A stretch of DNA of 64,000 bases from positions 64,001 to 128,000 of the forward strand of contig CAWHHI010000005.1 of assembly GCA_963829055.1 (NCBI GenBank), given 5' to 3'. The stretch's first letter is position 1; each line of letters starts with the position of its first letter. Positions 10,686 through 20,787 of the stretch are shown piece after piece. The position numbers were made by a program, and so were the translations under genes. The DNA comes from an uncultured Gemmatimonadaceae bacterium. GTDB taxonomy: Bacteria > Gemmatimonadota > Gemmatimonadetes > Gemmatimonadales > Gemmatimonadaceae. Under the pieces are notes generated by a model, which saw only the letters and a list, made by a program, of their open reading frames with translations, searched no databases and was not told the DNA's origin.

Positions 10686-12875
10686 ATGACCCGCGTCCAC
10701 GTTCGCCTCGTCACATTCGTGGCGTGTAGTCTCGTCGCTCTGCCGCTCGTGTCGATCTCTCCACAGACGCCGCCGACGCGCGTCCAGTACCCTGCCACGC
10801 GCACCGTCGAACACGTCGACACCTACAACGGCACCAAGGTCGCCGATCCGTATCGCTGGCTCGAGGCGATCGACAGCACCGGCGTGGCCGACTGGGTTCG
10901 TGCGCAGAACGCGGTGACGATGCCGTATCTCGCGGCGCTCCCCGGACGTGACCTGCTCAAGCAGCGCATCACCGCGCTCTACGACTTCCCACGCACGAGC
11001 GTTCCGTTCTGGGAAGGCACACGCTGGTTCTACACGAAGAACTCCGGACTCCAGCGTCAGAGCGTGTGGTACGCGCGCCTAACGCTCGACGGTCCCGAAC
11101 AGGTCGTGCTGGACCCGAACCAGCTCTCGCCGGACGGGTCCATCGCGCTCTCGGGATTCTCGCCATCTCCGGACGGCAAATCGCTCGCGTACGGGCAGAG
11201 CGAAGGCGGATCCGACTGGGTCACCTACTACGTGCGCGACCTCGGCACGGGGAAGAACACCGCCGACACGGTTCGCTGGGCGAAGTTCAGCGGCGCGTCG
11301 TGGACCAGGGACGGGAAAGGCTTCTTCTACTCTCGTTTTCCGGAGCCCACGAAGGCACAGCAGCTCAAGGTCAAGCTCGAGCACCAGACGCTCTATTACC
11401 ACAAGCTCGGCACGCCGCAATCAGCCGACGTGCGAGTGTACGCGCGGCCGGATCACCCGTCGTGGTTCGTGTTCGGCGGCGTCGATGAATCCGGCCGCTA
11501 CCTGTTCATCAGCACGTCGCCAGGGACGGACAGGACCGAGGTCTACCTCGCCGACCTCGGCGACCCGATGCATCCGAACGTGCGCGCAGCCATTCGGCCC
11601 GTCGTCACCGGGCAGGATGCCAACTACTTCCCGTTAGGCGTGGTCCACGGACGCCTGTACCTGCAGGTCGACAAGGACGCGCCGAAGCGGAAGATCGTGT
11701 CTGCGCCGGTCGCCACACCCGGACCGAGCTCGTGGACGACGGTCATCCCCGAGGGCGCCATGCCCATCGAAGCCGCATCGCTCGTCGCGGGACGCATCGG
11801 GACGCTCTCGCTTCAGGACGTCGCATCGGTGGTGCGCCTGTACTCGCTCGATGGGAAACTGGAACGCGAGGTGCCGATGCCCGGACTCGGAAGCGCGAGC
11901 GGGCTCGTTGGGCGCTTCGATCGCCCGGAGCTGTTCTACAGCTTCACGTCGCCGCTCCAACCGGCGACGGCGTTCGTGTACGACGCCAAGACGAATACCA
12001 GTCGCGCGTTCAACCCACCCAAGCTGACGTTCGACCCCGCGCAATTCGAGACCGAGCGCGTCTTCTATCAGAGCAAGGACGGAACGCGCGTGCCGATGTT
12101 CATCACGCACCGCCGTGACCTCGTGAAGGATGGCAGCAATCCGACGATGCTGTACTCGTACGGCGGCTTCTCGATCAGTGAAACGCCCGGGTTCCGCCCC
12201 GACGTGATCGCGTGGCTGGAGCAGGGCGGTGTGTACGCGGTGGCGAACATCCGCGGGGGCGGAGAGTACGGTGAGGAGTGGCATCGTGCCGGTCAGTTCG
12301 AGCACAAGCAGAACGTGTTCGATGACTTCATCGCGGCGGCCGAGTACCTCGTGCGGGAGAAGTACACGTCGAAAGAAAAGCTCGCGATCAACGGCGGATC
12401 CAACGGCGGCCTGCTCGTCGGGGCGGTGATGACCCAGCGACCGGACCTGTTCGGCGTGGCGGTACCGCAGGTCGGCGTGATGGACATGCTGCGCTACAAC
12501 GCGTTCACCGGCGGCGCGGCGTGGGCTACGGAGTACGGCGCCTCGAGCGACTCGGCGGCGTTTCGCTATCTGCGCGCGTATTCGCCGCTGCATAACGTGA
12601 AGGCGGGTGTCTGCTACCCGGCGACCCTGCTCACGACCGCGGATCACGACGATCGCGTGGTGCCGAGCCACTCGTACAAGTTCGCGGCGACCGTGCAGAA
12701 GGTGCAGAGCGCGACGCCATCGTGTGATCGCCCGGTGCTGCTGCGGGTCGAAGCGCAGGGAAGTCACGGCTACCGTCCGCTCGACCGTCGCATCGCCGAG
12801 CTGGCGGACATCTGGGCGTTCACGGCCTATCATCTCGGAATGAAGGTCCGTCCGCCTAACGCTGTCGTGCAGTAG
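10686..12875 (+). CDS. Prolyl oligopeptidase (S9A), secreted
   Basis: DPYRWLE, YQSKDGTRVPMF, YGGF, NIRGGGEYG, GGSNGGLL (Ser), DHDDRVVP (Asp), GSHG (His); gagg RBS before ATG 10686. Confidence 0.95.
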   Translation: MTRVHVRLVTFVACSLVALPLVSISPQTPPTRVQYPATRTVEHVDTYNGTKVADPYRWLEAIDSTGVADWVRAQNAVTMPYLAALPGRDLLKQRITALYDFPRTSVPFWEGTRWFYTKNSGLQRQSVWYARLTLDGPEQVVLDPNQLSPDGSIALSGFSPSPDGKSLAYGQSEGGSDWVTYYVRDLGTGKNTADTVRWAKFSGASWTRDGKGFFYSRFPEPTKAQQLKVKLEHQTLYYHKLGTPQSADVRVYARPDHPSWFVFGGVDESGRYLFISTSPGTDRTEVYLADLGDPMHPNVRAAIRPVVTGQDANYFPLGVVHGRLYLQVDKDAPKRKIVSAPVATPGPSSWTTVIPEGAMPIEAASLVAGRIGTLSLQDVASVVRLYSLDGKLEREVPMPGLGSASGLVGRFDRPELFYSFTSPLQPATAFVYDAKTNTSRAFNPPKLTFDPAQFETERVFYQSKDGTRVPMFITHRRDLVKDGSNPTMLYSYGGFSISETPGFRPDVIAWLEQGGVYAVANIRGGGEYGEEWHRAGQFEHKQNVFDDFIAAAEYLVREKYTSKEKLAINGGSNGGLLVGAVMTQRPDLFGVAVPQVGVMDMLRYNAFTGGAAWATEYGASSDSAAFRYLRAYSPLHNVKAGVCYPATLLTTADHDDRVVPSHSYKFAATVQKVQSATPSCDRPVLLRVEAQGSHGYRPLDRRIAELADIWAFTAYHLGMKVRPPNAVVQ

Positions 12876-12883
12876 TACGGTAA

Positions 12884-13009
12884 ATGTCGATGGCAGGCGA
12901 TTCGGGCCTCATGGCCAGATTTGGCAAATGCGCAGCGCAACACGCCCGTCACAGCGAGTCTCCATTTGCCAAATCTGGCAATACGGCCCGCCTCGCCTGC
13001 CATCGACAT
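12884..13009. repeat. 126-bp hairpin between convergent genes; same family as 33386-33443
   Basis: atgtcgatggcaggcga pairs with tcgcctgccatcgacat; gccagatttggcaaatg pairs with catttgccaaatctggc. Confidence 0.85.
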
Positions 13010-13054
13010 CTCGTTCGCTGCCATCAACGTCTCGAACGTGCTCCAGCAGTACGA

Positions 13055-15179
13055 TCAGGGCATCGCGGAGTCCCAGCGGATCCGGTAGAGCAGCGCGCGC
13101 TCATCCTCGTACATGGTCTCATACCGCTCGGCGGCGGTGCGCGCGTTGGTGAGCGCGTAGCTCTCCCACGTAATGCCCGGGCCGTAGCGGTTCGCCTGCA
13201 GGAACCGTTTGTCGATGAGGATGTGCGTGATGCCGAGCCGGCGCAGAGCGTCGAACGCGCGCCGCTCCTGTCCCGTCGGGGCGGCAGCGGCGTCGCGAAC
13301 CGCCGGTGAAAAGACCCAGATGCGCGATGCCGTCCCGAAGAAGTGATCGCCCCCGCTCCACGTAAGCACCATCGCGTTAGGCGGCAGCATGCGATTCGCG
13401 GCTCGCCATGCCGCGTACGTCGGTACCATCCGCTGCAGGTACGCATCGCGGGACTCCGCGCCGATCACCACGAGCGGCATCCCGTGCACCACGTGCGTCA
13501 GCCAGCCGGATCCCCCGGCCCAGTCACGGCGCTCGTGCTCGTGCGCCGGAGTGTACGGGGGAAGGTTCAGGATCAGCAGGGCTACGACGAGCACCGTCAG
13601 CGCCACGCGTGCCCGCAGCACCGTAGCCAGTTGCTCGTACCCGACAGCGGCGAGCACCGCGAGCACGGGCGTCACCGCCAGTACCCATCGCATCTGAAAG
13701 CTCGCGATGGGCGACGCCCACAAGGCCATGTACGCGATCACGAAGATGGTGAGCGCGGTGAGCGCACTCACCCGAGGCGCCCCATCGCCAATGTTACGGG
13801 TGCCGCGCCGGAGTCGCAGCGCAGCCAGCGGCACCAGCGCGAGAAACAACGGCCCGAGCGCGCCGCCGTAGCGCTCCTCGTGCATCGTCATGTCCCATGG
13901 GAGCGTGAGCTGGTTGACGGGCGTTCGCGGCCGGCCGAACTGGGCGAAGAAGCGCTCGAGCCCCGCCCGAGCCACCTCGTCCCACCGGTCGGGTGGCCCG
14001 CCGAAGATGCCGTACAGCTCGGGGAACACGGGATTCCCGGTCGCGAGCCACGCGCGGACGTACCACGGCAGCACCACCAGCAGGCTCATCACGCCTAACG
14101 TCGTCGCGGTGCGGAGGGCTGGCAGCAAACGCCGGTCGTCGTGCCAGCGGATGATCAGCGTGCCCGACGCACGCGATCGCGAGCACGATCAGTCCCACGT
14201 GCTTGGTGGCGAGGGCGAAGCCAAGATCGAGCGCCGCGACGACGAGCCATTGGACGCGCCGCGTCTCGCGATGCCGCAACAGCGCGAACACAGCCACCGA
14301 CACGTGAAACGTGAACGCCAGGTCCACGTAGGCCGTCGTTCCTTCCCAGATGATCGTCGGTACGGTGACGAACAGTGCCGCCGCGAGCCACGGCGACGCC
14401 GGCGGCGCGTACCGGCGCGTCAACTCGAACACCACCAACGCCGTCAGCGGCAGCGTGGCGCACTGCAGCAGCGCCGCCGTGTTTGCGCCACCTAACGCCA
14501 GGCCGTACCCGAACCATAGTTCCCACAACATCGGGTAGAGCGACACGTACTCGTGTCGGAGGTCCACGAAGCGGCCATGCTCGAGGAATACCTTTGGGAA
14601 GTGCAGGTGAAACCACAGCGCGTCGTAGTCGACCACGGGGGCCAGCGCCCCGTACAGCGAGAACAGCAGTGCGAGCGCCGCGACCCCGACCCATATCCGG
14701 CCGGCACGTGCGACGTCCGGCCACACCCTCGTCGACGACTTCGGGCCTGGCACCCGAACGCGCAACCAACTCGCGACCGACACGACGAGCACAACGGCGA
14801 TGACCGCGCGGAGCACCCAGGGCCGGTACGCTCCCACGACGGCGAGCACGAACCCGAGACACGCGAGCGACCCGATCCCGACGCTGGCTGCCACCGCAAT
14901 GCGCTCGGCCGCACCCTCGAACTGCCACCGCGCGAATCGCGCGATCGAGAGCCCGGCCGCGATCGCGGCGCCAGTGAGTACGACGGCGCCGAGCAGCGAG
15001 CCAGCGGCGCTGCGGATCGCCTCCCCGAGATACGGCAGCGAGAAGTCGCGTGGCCCGTCCAGCACTGGCCACGGGCCAAGCCCGCCGGCGATCACTCTCC
15101 AGAGCTGTCGGTAATAGAACGCCGCCACCAGCACGACCCACGCGGCACCGACCAATGCCACGCCACGCCGCCGCGTCAT
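13055..15179 (-). CDS. GT-C fold (ArnT/PMT-like) polytopic glycosyltransferase, one frameshift near 14165
   Basis: Many TM segments, DYDALWFHLHFP, TAYVDLA, LATKH and WYVRAWLATGNPVFP across ORFs 13794..15179 and 13055..14128. Confidence 0.75.
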
Positions 15180-15197
15180 GACGGCGTCACGACCACG

Positions 15198-16292
15198 TCA
15201 TGTCAGCGAGCGGCCTAACGCGCGCGCCACCACTCGACGCAACGTGCCGGCGCGCAATGCGCGCAGCCGGCCTAGCAGGCGCTGGATGCGAGTCCCTCCA
15301 CGCCGTGCCCGCTCGGCCGCCATCAGCTCCTCGCGCACGCGACGCCGCGCGCCGATCAGCCACGCGAGCTCGCGCTGATCACGCGCCTCGGCCTCGACGC
15401 CTTCCCAGTAGTGAGCGCCCTGCGTCAGCGCGGCTGCGACGCCCCACGCGCGACCGCCGCGATCGTTCCGCGAGAGCACAAAGCGCTCGAGCCACGGGAT
15501 CGCGTGGCTCATGCCCGGCCAGCGAGGAAAGGGCGAGAGCCCCATCACCTCGTCCACACTCGCCGGATGCTTTCGCGCGAAGATCACGTCCGCTCGCCCC
15601 ATGGAGCGGAACAGCCGTAGCCACTCGAGCGGTTCCTTCTCATAGTGGTGAACACCGATGGCGGTCGGCTCATAGACAAAGTGGAGACCCGCTCGCTGGA
15701 GTCGAAATCCGAGCTCGTAGTCTTCGCGGCCGTATCCGGTGAACGCCGCGTCGAAGCCGCCAAGCTCGACGAGTCGGGCCTTCGCGACGGAGACGTTGCC
15801 CGTCACGAAATCACGGAACGTGGCCTGGTGAGCGTGCGATGCCTTCTCGAGCAGCTCACCGTCCCACCACTCGCGCACCGTCCGGCGGTGCGCCGCCTCG
15901 CCGGGCACCGGCGTCATCGGGACGGCACCCGTCACCACCACGTCGTCGCGGTCCCGGTGGTGGCGCATGTGCGCCGCGAGCAACCCCGGGACGGCGGCGA
16001 TGTCGTCATCGAGCATGACGACCACACGACCGGTCGCCGCAGCGATCCCTCGATTCCGCGCGCTTCCCTGCCCCTGACGAGGTTGTTCGATGAGGCGGAT
16101 GACGCAGGCCGCGCCGCGCGCCACGTCATCGACTGTCGCGCTGGTCGCCGGGTCGGGACCGTCGCACACGACGATGATCTCCACTCGCGTCAGGTCATAC
16201 TCCTGCTGCAACAGCATCTCGAGCGTCCGACGCAGCGTGGCGGCGCGCCCGCGGGTCGGGATGACGACACTGAGATCGAACGACGGATTCAC
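15198..16292 (-). CDS. GT2 family glycosyltransferase
   Basis: LSVVIPTRGR, IVVCDG, ARNRG, MLDDD, GGFDAAFTGYGREDYELG; GTG start overlaps the upstream stop. Confidence 0.9.
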   Translation of the reverse strand: MNPSFDLSVVIPTRGRAATLRRTLEMLLQQEYDLTRVEIIVVCDGPDPATSATVDDVARGAACVIRLIEQPRQGQGSARNRGIAAATGRVVVMLDDDIAAVPGLLAAHMRHHRDRDDVVVTGAVPMTPVPGEAAHRRTVREWWDGELLEKASHAHQATFRDFVTGNVSVAKARLVELGGFDAAFTGYGREDYELGFRLQRAGLHFVYEPTAIGVHHYEKEPLEWLRLFRSMGRADVIFARKHPASVDEVMGLSPFPRWPGMSHAIPWLERFVLSRNDRGGRAWGVAAALTQGAHYWEGVEAEARDQRELAWLIGARRRVREELMAAERARRGGTRIQRLLGRLRALRAGTLRRVVARALGRSLT

Positions 16293-17245
16293 CGCGCGCC
16301 GCCCGGTACGCCACTGCCTCGCGCAACGCGTCGGCGCGCTGTCGCGTACGCGACCGGTCCCCACAGCGAGCCAGCCAGCTCCGCGAGCACGAGCCGAGCG
16401 GGGAGCTCGTCGGGCTCGCCGCGGAGCGCGCCCGGAAGGCGGCGCGCGTGGAATCGCAACGTGTCGAGCGCGAAACGGAACGCGTCGTGGTCGTGATGGC
16501 GCGTTAGGCGATGCGTCCAGAACGCGTACACGCCCACGCCGTACCCGAAGAGCTGTCGTCGGAGCTCGGCGAGCGTACGGCGGTGACGATGATGGACGAC
16601 CGCGCGTGGCTCGTACACGAGGCGCATCCCGGCGTCGATCAGACGGGCGAACATCTCGGTGTCGCCACCGCTGTGGGTCGCCGTTCCAGCGTCGAACGCT
16701 TCGTCGAACAGGCCGACTGCGTCCAGCGCCTCGCGGCGAAACGCCATGTTCGCCCCCGCGCCGACGTGCCCCGCGCTCGACGCCGGGAATGGTCGAACGA
16801 ACTCGCGCCGCTCGTGACGCGGGCGCGTTCGCGTCATGCGTTCGAGGTAGCGTTCGAACAGGCGTTGCGCGTTCGTCTCGAGCTCGAGCGGCAGCATGAC
16901 GCCCGCCATGCCCGCGACGCCCGGCTCGGCGAGCGTCGCCAGCACGACTGCTGCCCAGTCGCGCGCGGGGACGGCGTCATCGTCAGTGAACGCGATGAAC
17001 GCGGCGCGCGACGCAGCGAGCCCCGCGTTCCGCGCGCAGTCGAGACCGGGGCGCGGCTCGAGCACGTATCGCACGCCGGCCGCGTCCGCCACCCGGCGCG
17101 TGTCCCCGGTACGCGGCGCATTGTCGACGACAATGACTTCGAGCTCGCCCACTGTCTGCTCGGCGAGCGCGCGAAGGCAGCACTCGAGATCCTGTGGGCG
17201 CTCGCGTGTGCAGATGATGACCGAGAGTCGCGGCGCCGCGTTCAT
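16289..17245 (-). CDS. GT2 family glycosyltransferase
   Basis: SVIICTRER, VVDNAP, ARNAG, FTDDD, GANMAFRR, GGDTE. Confidence 0.9.
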   Translation of the reverse strand: MNAAPRLSVIICTRERPQDLECCLRALAEQTVGELEVIVVDNAPRTGDTRRVADAAGVRYVLEPRPGLDCARNAGLAASRAAFIAFTDDDAVPARDWAAVVLATLAEPGVAGMAGVMLPLELETNAQRLFERYLERMTRTRPRHERREFVRPFPASSAGHVGAGANMAFRREALDAVGLFDEAFDAGTATHSGGDTEMFARLIDAGMRLVYEPRAVVHHRHRRTLAELRRQLFGYGVGVYAFWTHRLTRHHDHDAFRFALDTLRFHARRLPGALRGEPDELPARLVLAELAGSLWGPVAYATARRRVARGSGVPGGAR

Positions 17246-18954
17246 TGTCCTGCGGTTGCGTGGGAGAGGCGGTCGCGCATCGCTCGCCCGGCCCGGCTTC
17301 GTGTCGCCTCGGCCCGCTTCTGCAGCGACGAGAGGATGCCCTCGGCCAGCTCGCGCTCGGCGCCTCGGTGATGCCTAACGCCCGTTGGCAGTCCGCAGAT
17401 CTGTGGGCCCGCGCTCTCTGCGACGATGTCGCGGAGGCGAACCACGCCCGCGGTGCGCCCGCAGTGCACGAGCGGCGGCGTCGTCACGGGCGATCCCTTG
17501 AACCTGATGTCGAGCCGCACGATGTTCGCGGTTCCCGGATGCGTGAATGGCTCGATCGGCGCGGCAAGGTCGACGACGTGATCGACGACGTGGGATGGTG
17601 CGCGCGTACCCGTGCGTGTGGTGCGACGCGTCACCCGAGGCAATGGGACGCTCGGGCCGAAGCGTCGCGCGATTTCGTCAGCGACAACTCGCGCCTGGTG
17701 GTAGTACTCGCGTCCGCCCGCGAGGCCAACAATCTCCTTTACCACCAGTCGTGTGGAGAGATCACGGTTGAAGAGCGACCAGAGCAGGCGGCGAAGGTGC
17801 CACGTCGCAAGCAACCAGTGGACGAGGATGGCAAATGGGAGCCGCTCTTCCGGATGGTTGAATCGATTTCGCTCCGCGTACGAGCGCATCGCCGTACCCC
17901 AGTTGCTCAGCTGCTCCTCGAGCTCGTGCATGTCGCGCCGGTGCTCGTGTCGGACCAGTGCTGATGGCTCGTACACGAGCGTGCCTCTGGCCTTGATGAT
18001 GCGAAAGAACATGTCGAGGTCGCCGCCGCCTTGCGTCAGTGTCCCGACGTCGAGCGCGGGATCGAAGCCGCCGATGATCGCGAGGGCCGAGCGGCGGAAA
18101 GCCATGTTCGCGCCGGTGCCGAACCGCCCTGAGTTCCCGTACTGGAGCGCGATCGCGTGCGCGCAGGGGTTCGGGTCTCCCCACCAGCGGCGTTCGAACC
18201 CGCGTCCGAAGCCCAGGTAACGTTCGAACTGCAACTGCGGCTCAGTCTCGAGCTCGAGAGGCATAACGAGTCCCGTAACTGCATGCACTTCGGGACTCGA
18301 GTCGAACAGGCGTGCGATTGCAGTTGCCCATCCGCGGTCGACTCTCGCGTCGTCATCGGTGAACGCGATGATGTCGCGTGTCGCCGCCATGATCCCGCGA
18401 TTTCGCGCGCGGTCGAGCCCCGGGGCCGGCTCGTGGATGTAGCGCGCTCCAGCCGGATGCGCGCGCGCGATGTGCTCGGCGGCGCTCCGAGCAGGCGCGT
18501 TGTCGACAACGATGATTTCCAGGTCAGGATGATCGAGACGCTCGATCGCGTCCAGGCAGCCCTGTAGTCTCTCCGGGCGGCCGCGCGTACACACGACGAC
18601 GGTCAGCCCGGACAGCGGCGCGGTGCGAGTGACCGGCGGGCGCGCCAACCGCTCTGCATCGAGCGGCATCGCATCGATCGGCGCTTCCACGCTGTGCCGA
18701 ATGGCGACGCGCACGATCGACGGCGCCAGTCTGTCGAGGATGGCCGCCGTGAGTATCGACGCACTGCACCGATCCTCTACGAGCGGCAACGAGATGACAC
18801 CGACGGATTCGCCGTGCAGGCGGACGAGGGCGTGGACCGACCGGTACCCGGGAGCGTGAACGTCGCCGAGCGGCTCGGCAAGCTCGACGTCGATGCACTT
18901 CGCGGGAACGCGAACGGCATCGAGCTCGCGACGTGTTCGCGTCGTGAACCGCAT
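17242..18954 (-). CDS. GT2 family glycosyltransferase with N- and C-terminal extensions
   Basis: ATG at 18954 overlaps the Wzt stop (TGATG); TVVVCTRGR, VVDNAP, FTDDD, GANMAFRR, GGDLD. Confidence 0.85.
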   Translation of the reverse strand: MRFTTRTRRELDAVRVPAKCIDVELAEPLGDVHAPGYRSVHALVRLHGESVGVISLPLVEDRCSASILTAAILDRLAPSIVRVAIRHSVEAPIDAMPLDAERLARPPVTRTAPLSGLTVVVCTRGRPERLQGCLDAIERLDHPDLEIIVVDNAPARSAAEHIARAHPAGARYIHEPAPGLDRARNRGIMAATRDIIAFTDDDARVDRGWATAIARLFDSSPEVHAVTGLVMPLELETEPQLQFERYLGFGRGFERRWWGDPNPCAHAIALQYGNSGRFGTGANMAFRRSALAIIGGFDPALDVGTLTQGGGDLDMFFRIIKARGTLVYEPSALVRHEHRRDMHELEEQLSNWGTAMRSYAERNRFNHPEERLPFAILVHWLLATWHLRRLLWSLFNRDLSTRLVVKEIVGLAGGREYYHQARVVADEIARRFGPSVPLPRVTRRTTRTGTRAPSHVVDHVVDLAAPIEPFTHPGTANIVRLDIRFKGSPVTTPPLVHCGRTAGVVRLRDIVAESAGPQICGLPTGVRHHRGAERELAEGILSSLQKRAEATRSRAGRAMRDRLSHATAGQ

Positions 18955-19755
18955 CAGCCCGCTCTCGAGGCCGCTGCTTCGTACGCGTCCAGCACGGTGT
19001 TCGCCTCCCCGGTCATCCGCACCTCGCCATTCTCCATCCACACCACGCGCGAGCACAGCTTGCCGGATCGTCCAGAGGTCGTGCGATACGACGATCAATG
19101 TCCCGCCCGCCGCGTGATAGCGGGCCAGTCGCGTTAGGCAGCGACCCCGGAACGACTCGTCTCCGACCGCCAGCACTTCGTCGAGCAGCAGAATATCGGG
19201 GTCGGCGCAGATGGCGACAGCAAACGCAAGCCGCGTGCGCATACCGGAGGAGTAGTACTTGACCGGGACCTGCATGAAGTCGCCGATGTCGGCGAACGCC
19301 ACGACCTCGGGATATCTCACGGCAATTTCCCGGCGACTGAAGCCGAGCGCGGCGGCATACAGCTCGACGTTCTCCGCTCCAGTGAGCTCGGGCTGGAAGG
19401 TCGCGCCAAGCTCGAGCACGGCGACGAGTCGGCCGCGCACGACGATGCGCCCCTCGGTCGGCGGGTAGATGCCGGCCATCAGTCGCAACGCCGTGCTCTT
19501 GCCTGACCCGTTCGCGCCGACGAGCGCGATCGACTCGCCGTGTGCGACGCAAAGGTCGAGGCGGTGGATCTGGAAGGTCGCTGACCGGGCCGGCGGTGGG
19601 CGGCGAAGGATGGTTCTCAAAGCAAATTCCTGAAGCGTCGTGGTGCGGTGCTCGTACAGGTAGAACCGCTTCACGACGCCAACGCACTCTACGGCGTTCG
19701 CGCGCGCTGCCTGGGGGCCGCGCAATTGCGGCTCGGCGATCGCCGCGTGAGCCAC
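18954..19755 (-). CDS. wzt: Polysaccharide ABC exporter ATPase (Wzt/TagH-like), one frameshift near 19063
   Basis: GANGSGKST, YSSGMRTRLAF, LLLDEVLAVGD, VSHD; C-terminus KLCSRVVWMENGEVRMTG...SRAG* in the shifted frame. Confidence 0.85.
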
Positions 19756-19756
19756 G

Positions 19757-20567
19757 CTAGATGATCTCGGCAAAGAGCGCTCGCTGGCGGCGGAAAAGTC
19801 CGACACCGATGACGCAGACGACGGTTGCGAGCGCGGCGCTGCCGACGAGCAGCATCGGGCTCGGCAATCGGCCCTCGTACAGAATCTCGTGGTACAACGC
19901 GAGCACCGCCGCCACCGGGTTGAGGAGGTACACCGTGCGGAAGCGCTCGGGCACGAGTGAGAGCGGGTAGTACACGGGGGCGAGATACCCGAGCATCATG
20001 AGCCCAACCGGCACCGCGTGCTGCACGTCCTTGAAGAACACCGCTGCCGCCGCGATAGGCATCGCGAGTCCGATGGCCAGAAGGACGTGGATGACAATGA
20101 TCACCGGCAGCAGCAGCATGCTGACGGGAATGCCATGGTGGTGAAACACCACCAGCGCGACGACCACGATCGCGAGCTCGGCCAGGTACTCCACGAGTCG
20201 AGCGAGCACCGAGCTGAGAACGAGAATCTCCGCCGGAAACGCCAGGCTCCGCGTCATGTACGAGTGATCGGTGATGACACCCGCGCTCGTCGCCACCGTG
20301 TGCTGTAGGAAGACCCAGGCGAAGTACCCGCTCACCAGAAATGCCCAGTACTCCGCGACGCCGATGCGGATGATGTAGTGGAATACCATCACGAGAATCG
20401 ACGATCGTGGCAAGCGGGTTCAGCAGTGTCCAGACGAAGCCGAGCACCGACCGCTGGTAGCGCATCTTGAGGTTGCGGACGACCAGGCGCGACAGCAACT
20501 CACGGTGCCGCCACAGATCCGGCAACATCGGTGGTCTGCCGCCGGCGGCATCGTAGACGATCTCCAC
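19757..20567 (-). CDS. wzm: Polysaccharide ABC exporter permease (Wzm/TagG-like), one frameshift near 20400
   Basis: RNLKMRYQRSVLGFVWTLLNPL, then FFKDVQH, YLAPVYYP, LNPVA, FAEII. Confidence 0.85.
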
Positions 20568-20787
20568 AGTGGTTCGATGGTTAGGCGCGAGTGTGGATCC
20601 GCGGTGACAGCGGGGCGCAGACCGTAGTGGTCGGTTCCGAGCTCCGATTACTGCGAGGGGCGCGCCACTACGACGGTGGCCGGGCCATTCGAGCTGCCGG
20701 CGTCACGGTTTCCTTGTCAGGATTTGGCTTGTTGTGATCCCAGCCACAGCTCGGTCGTCATCTGGAACCAGCCCTGTTCGACCTCTA

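Noticed and set aside
11634..12833. Long antisense and alternate-frame ORFs (also 42223..43149, 55428..56300, 60582..61679 and others)
   Set aside because: These are shadow ORFs expected at about 70% GC; they are Arg/Ala/Pro-rich with no motifs and overlap well-supported genes.
17242..19806. 854-aa ORF suggesting a Wzt-glycosyltransferase fusion
   Set aside because: One indel near 19063 explains it: the normal Wzt C-terminus (KLCSRVVWMENGEV...) continues in another frame to a TGA overlapping the GT2 ATG at 18954.
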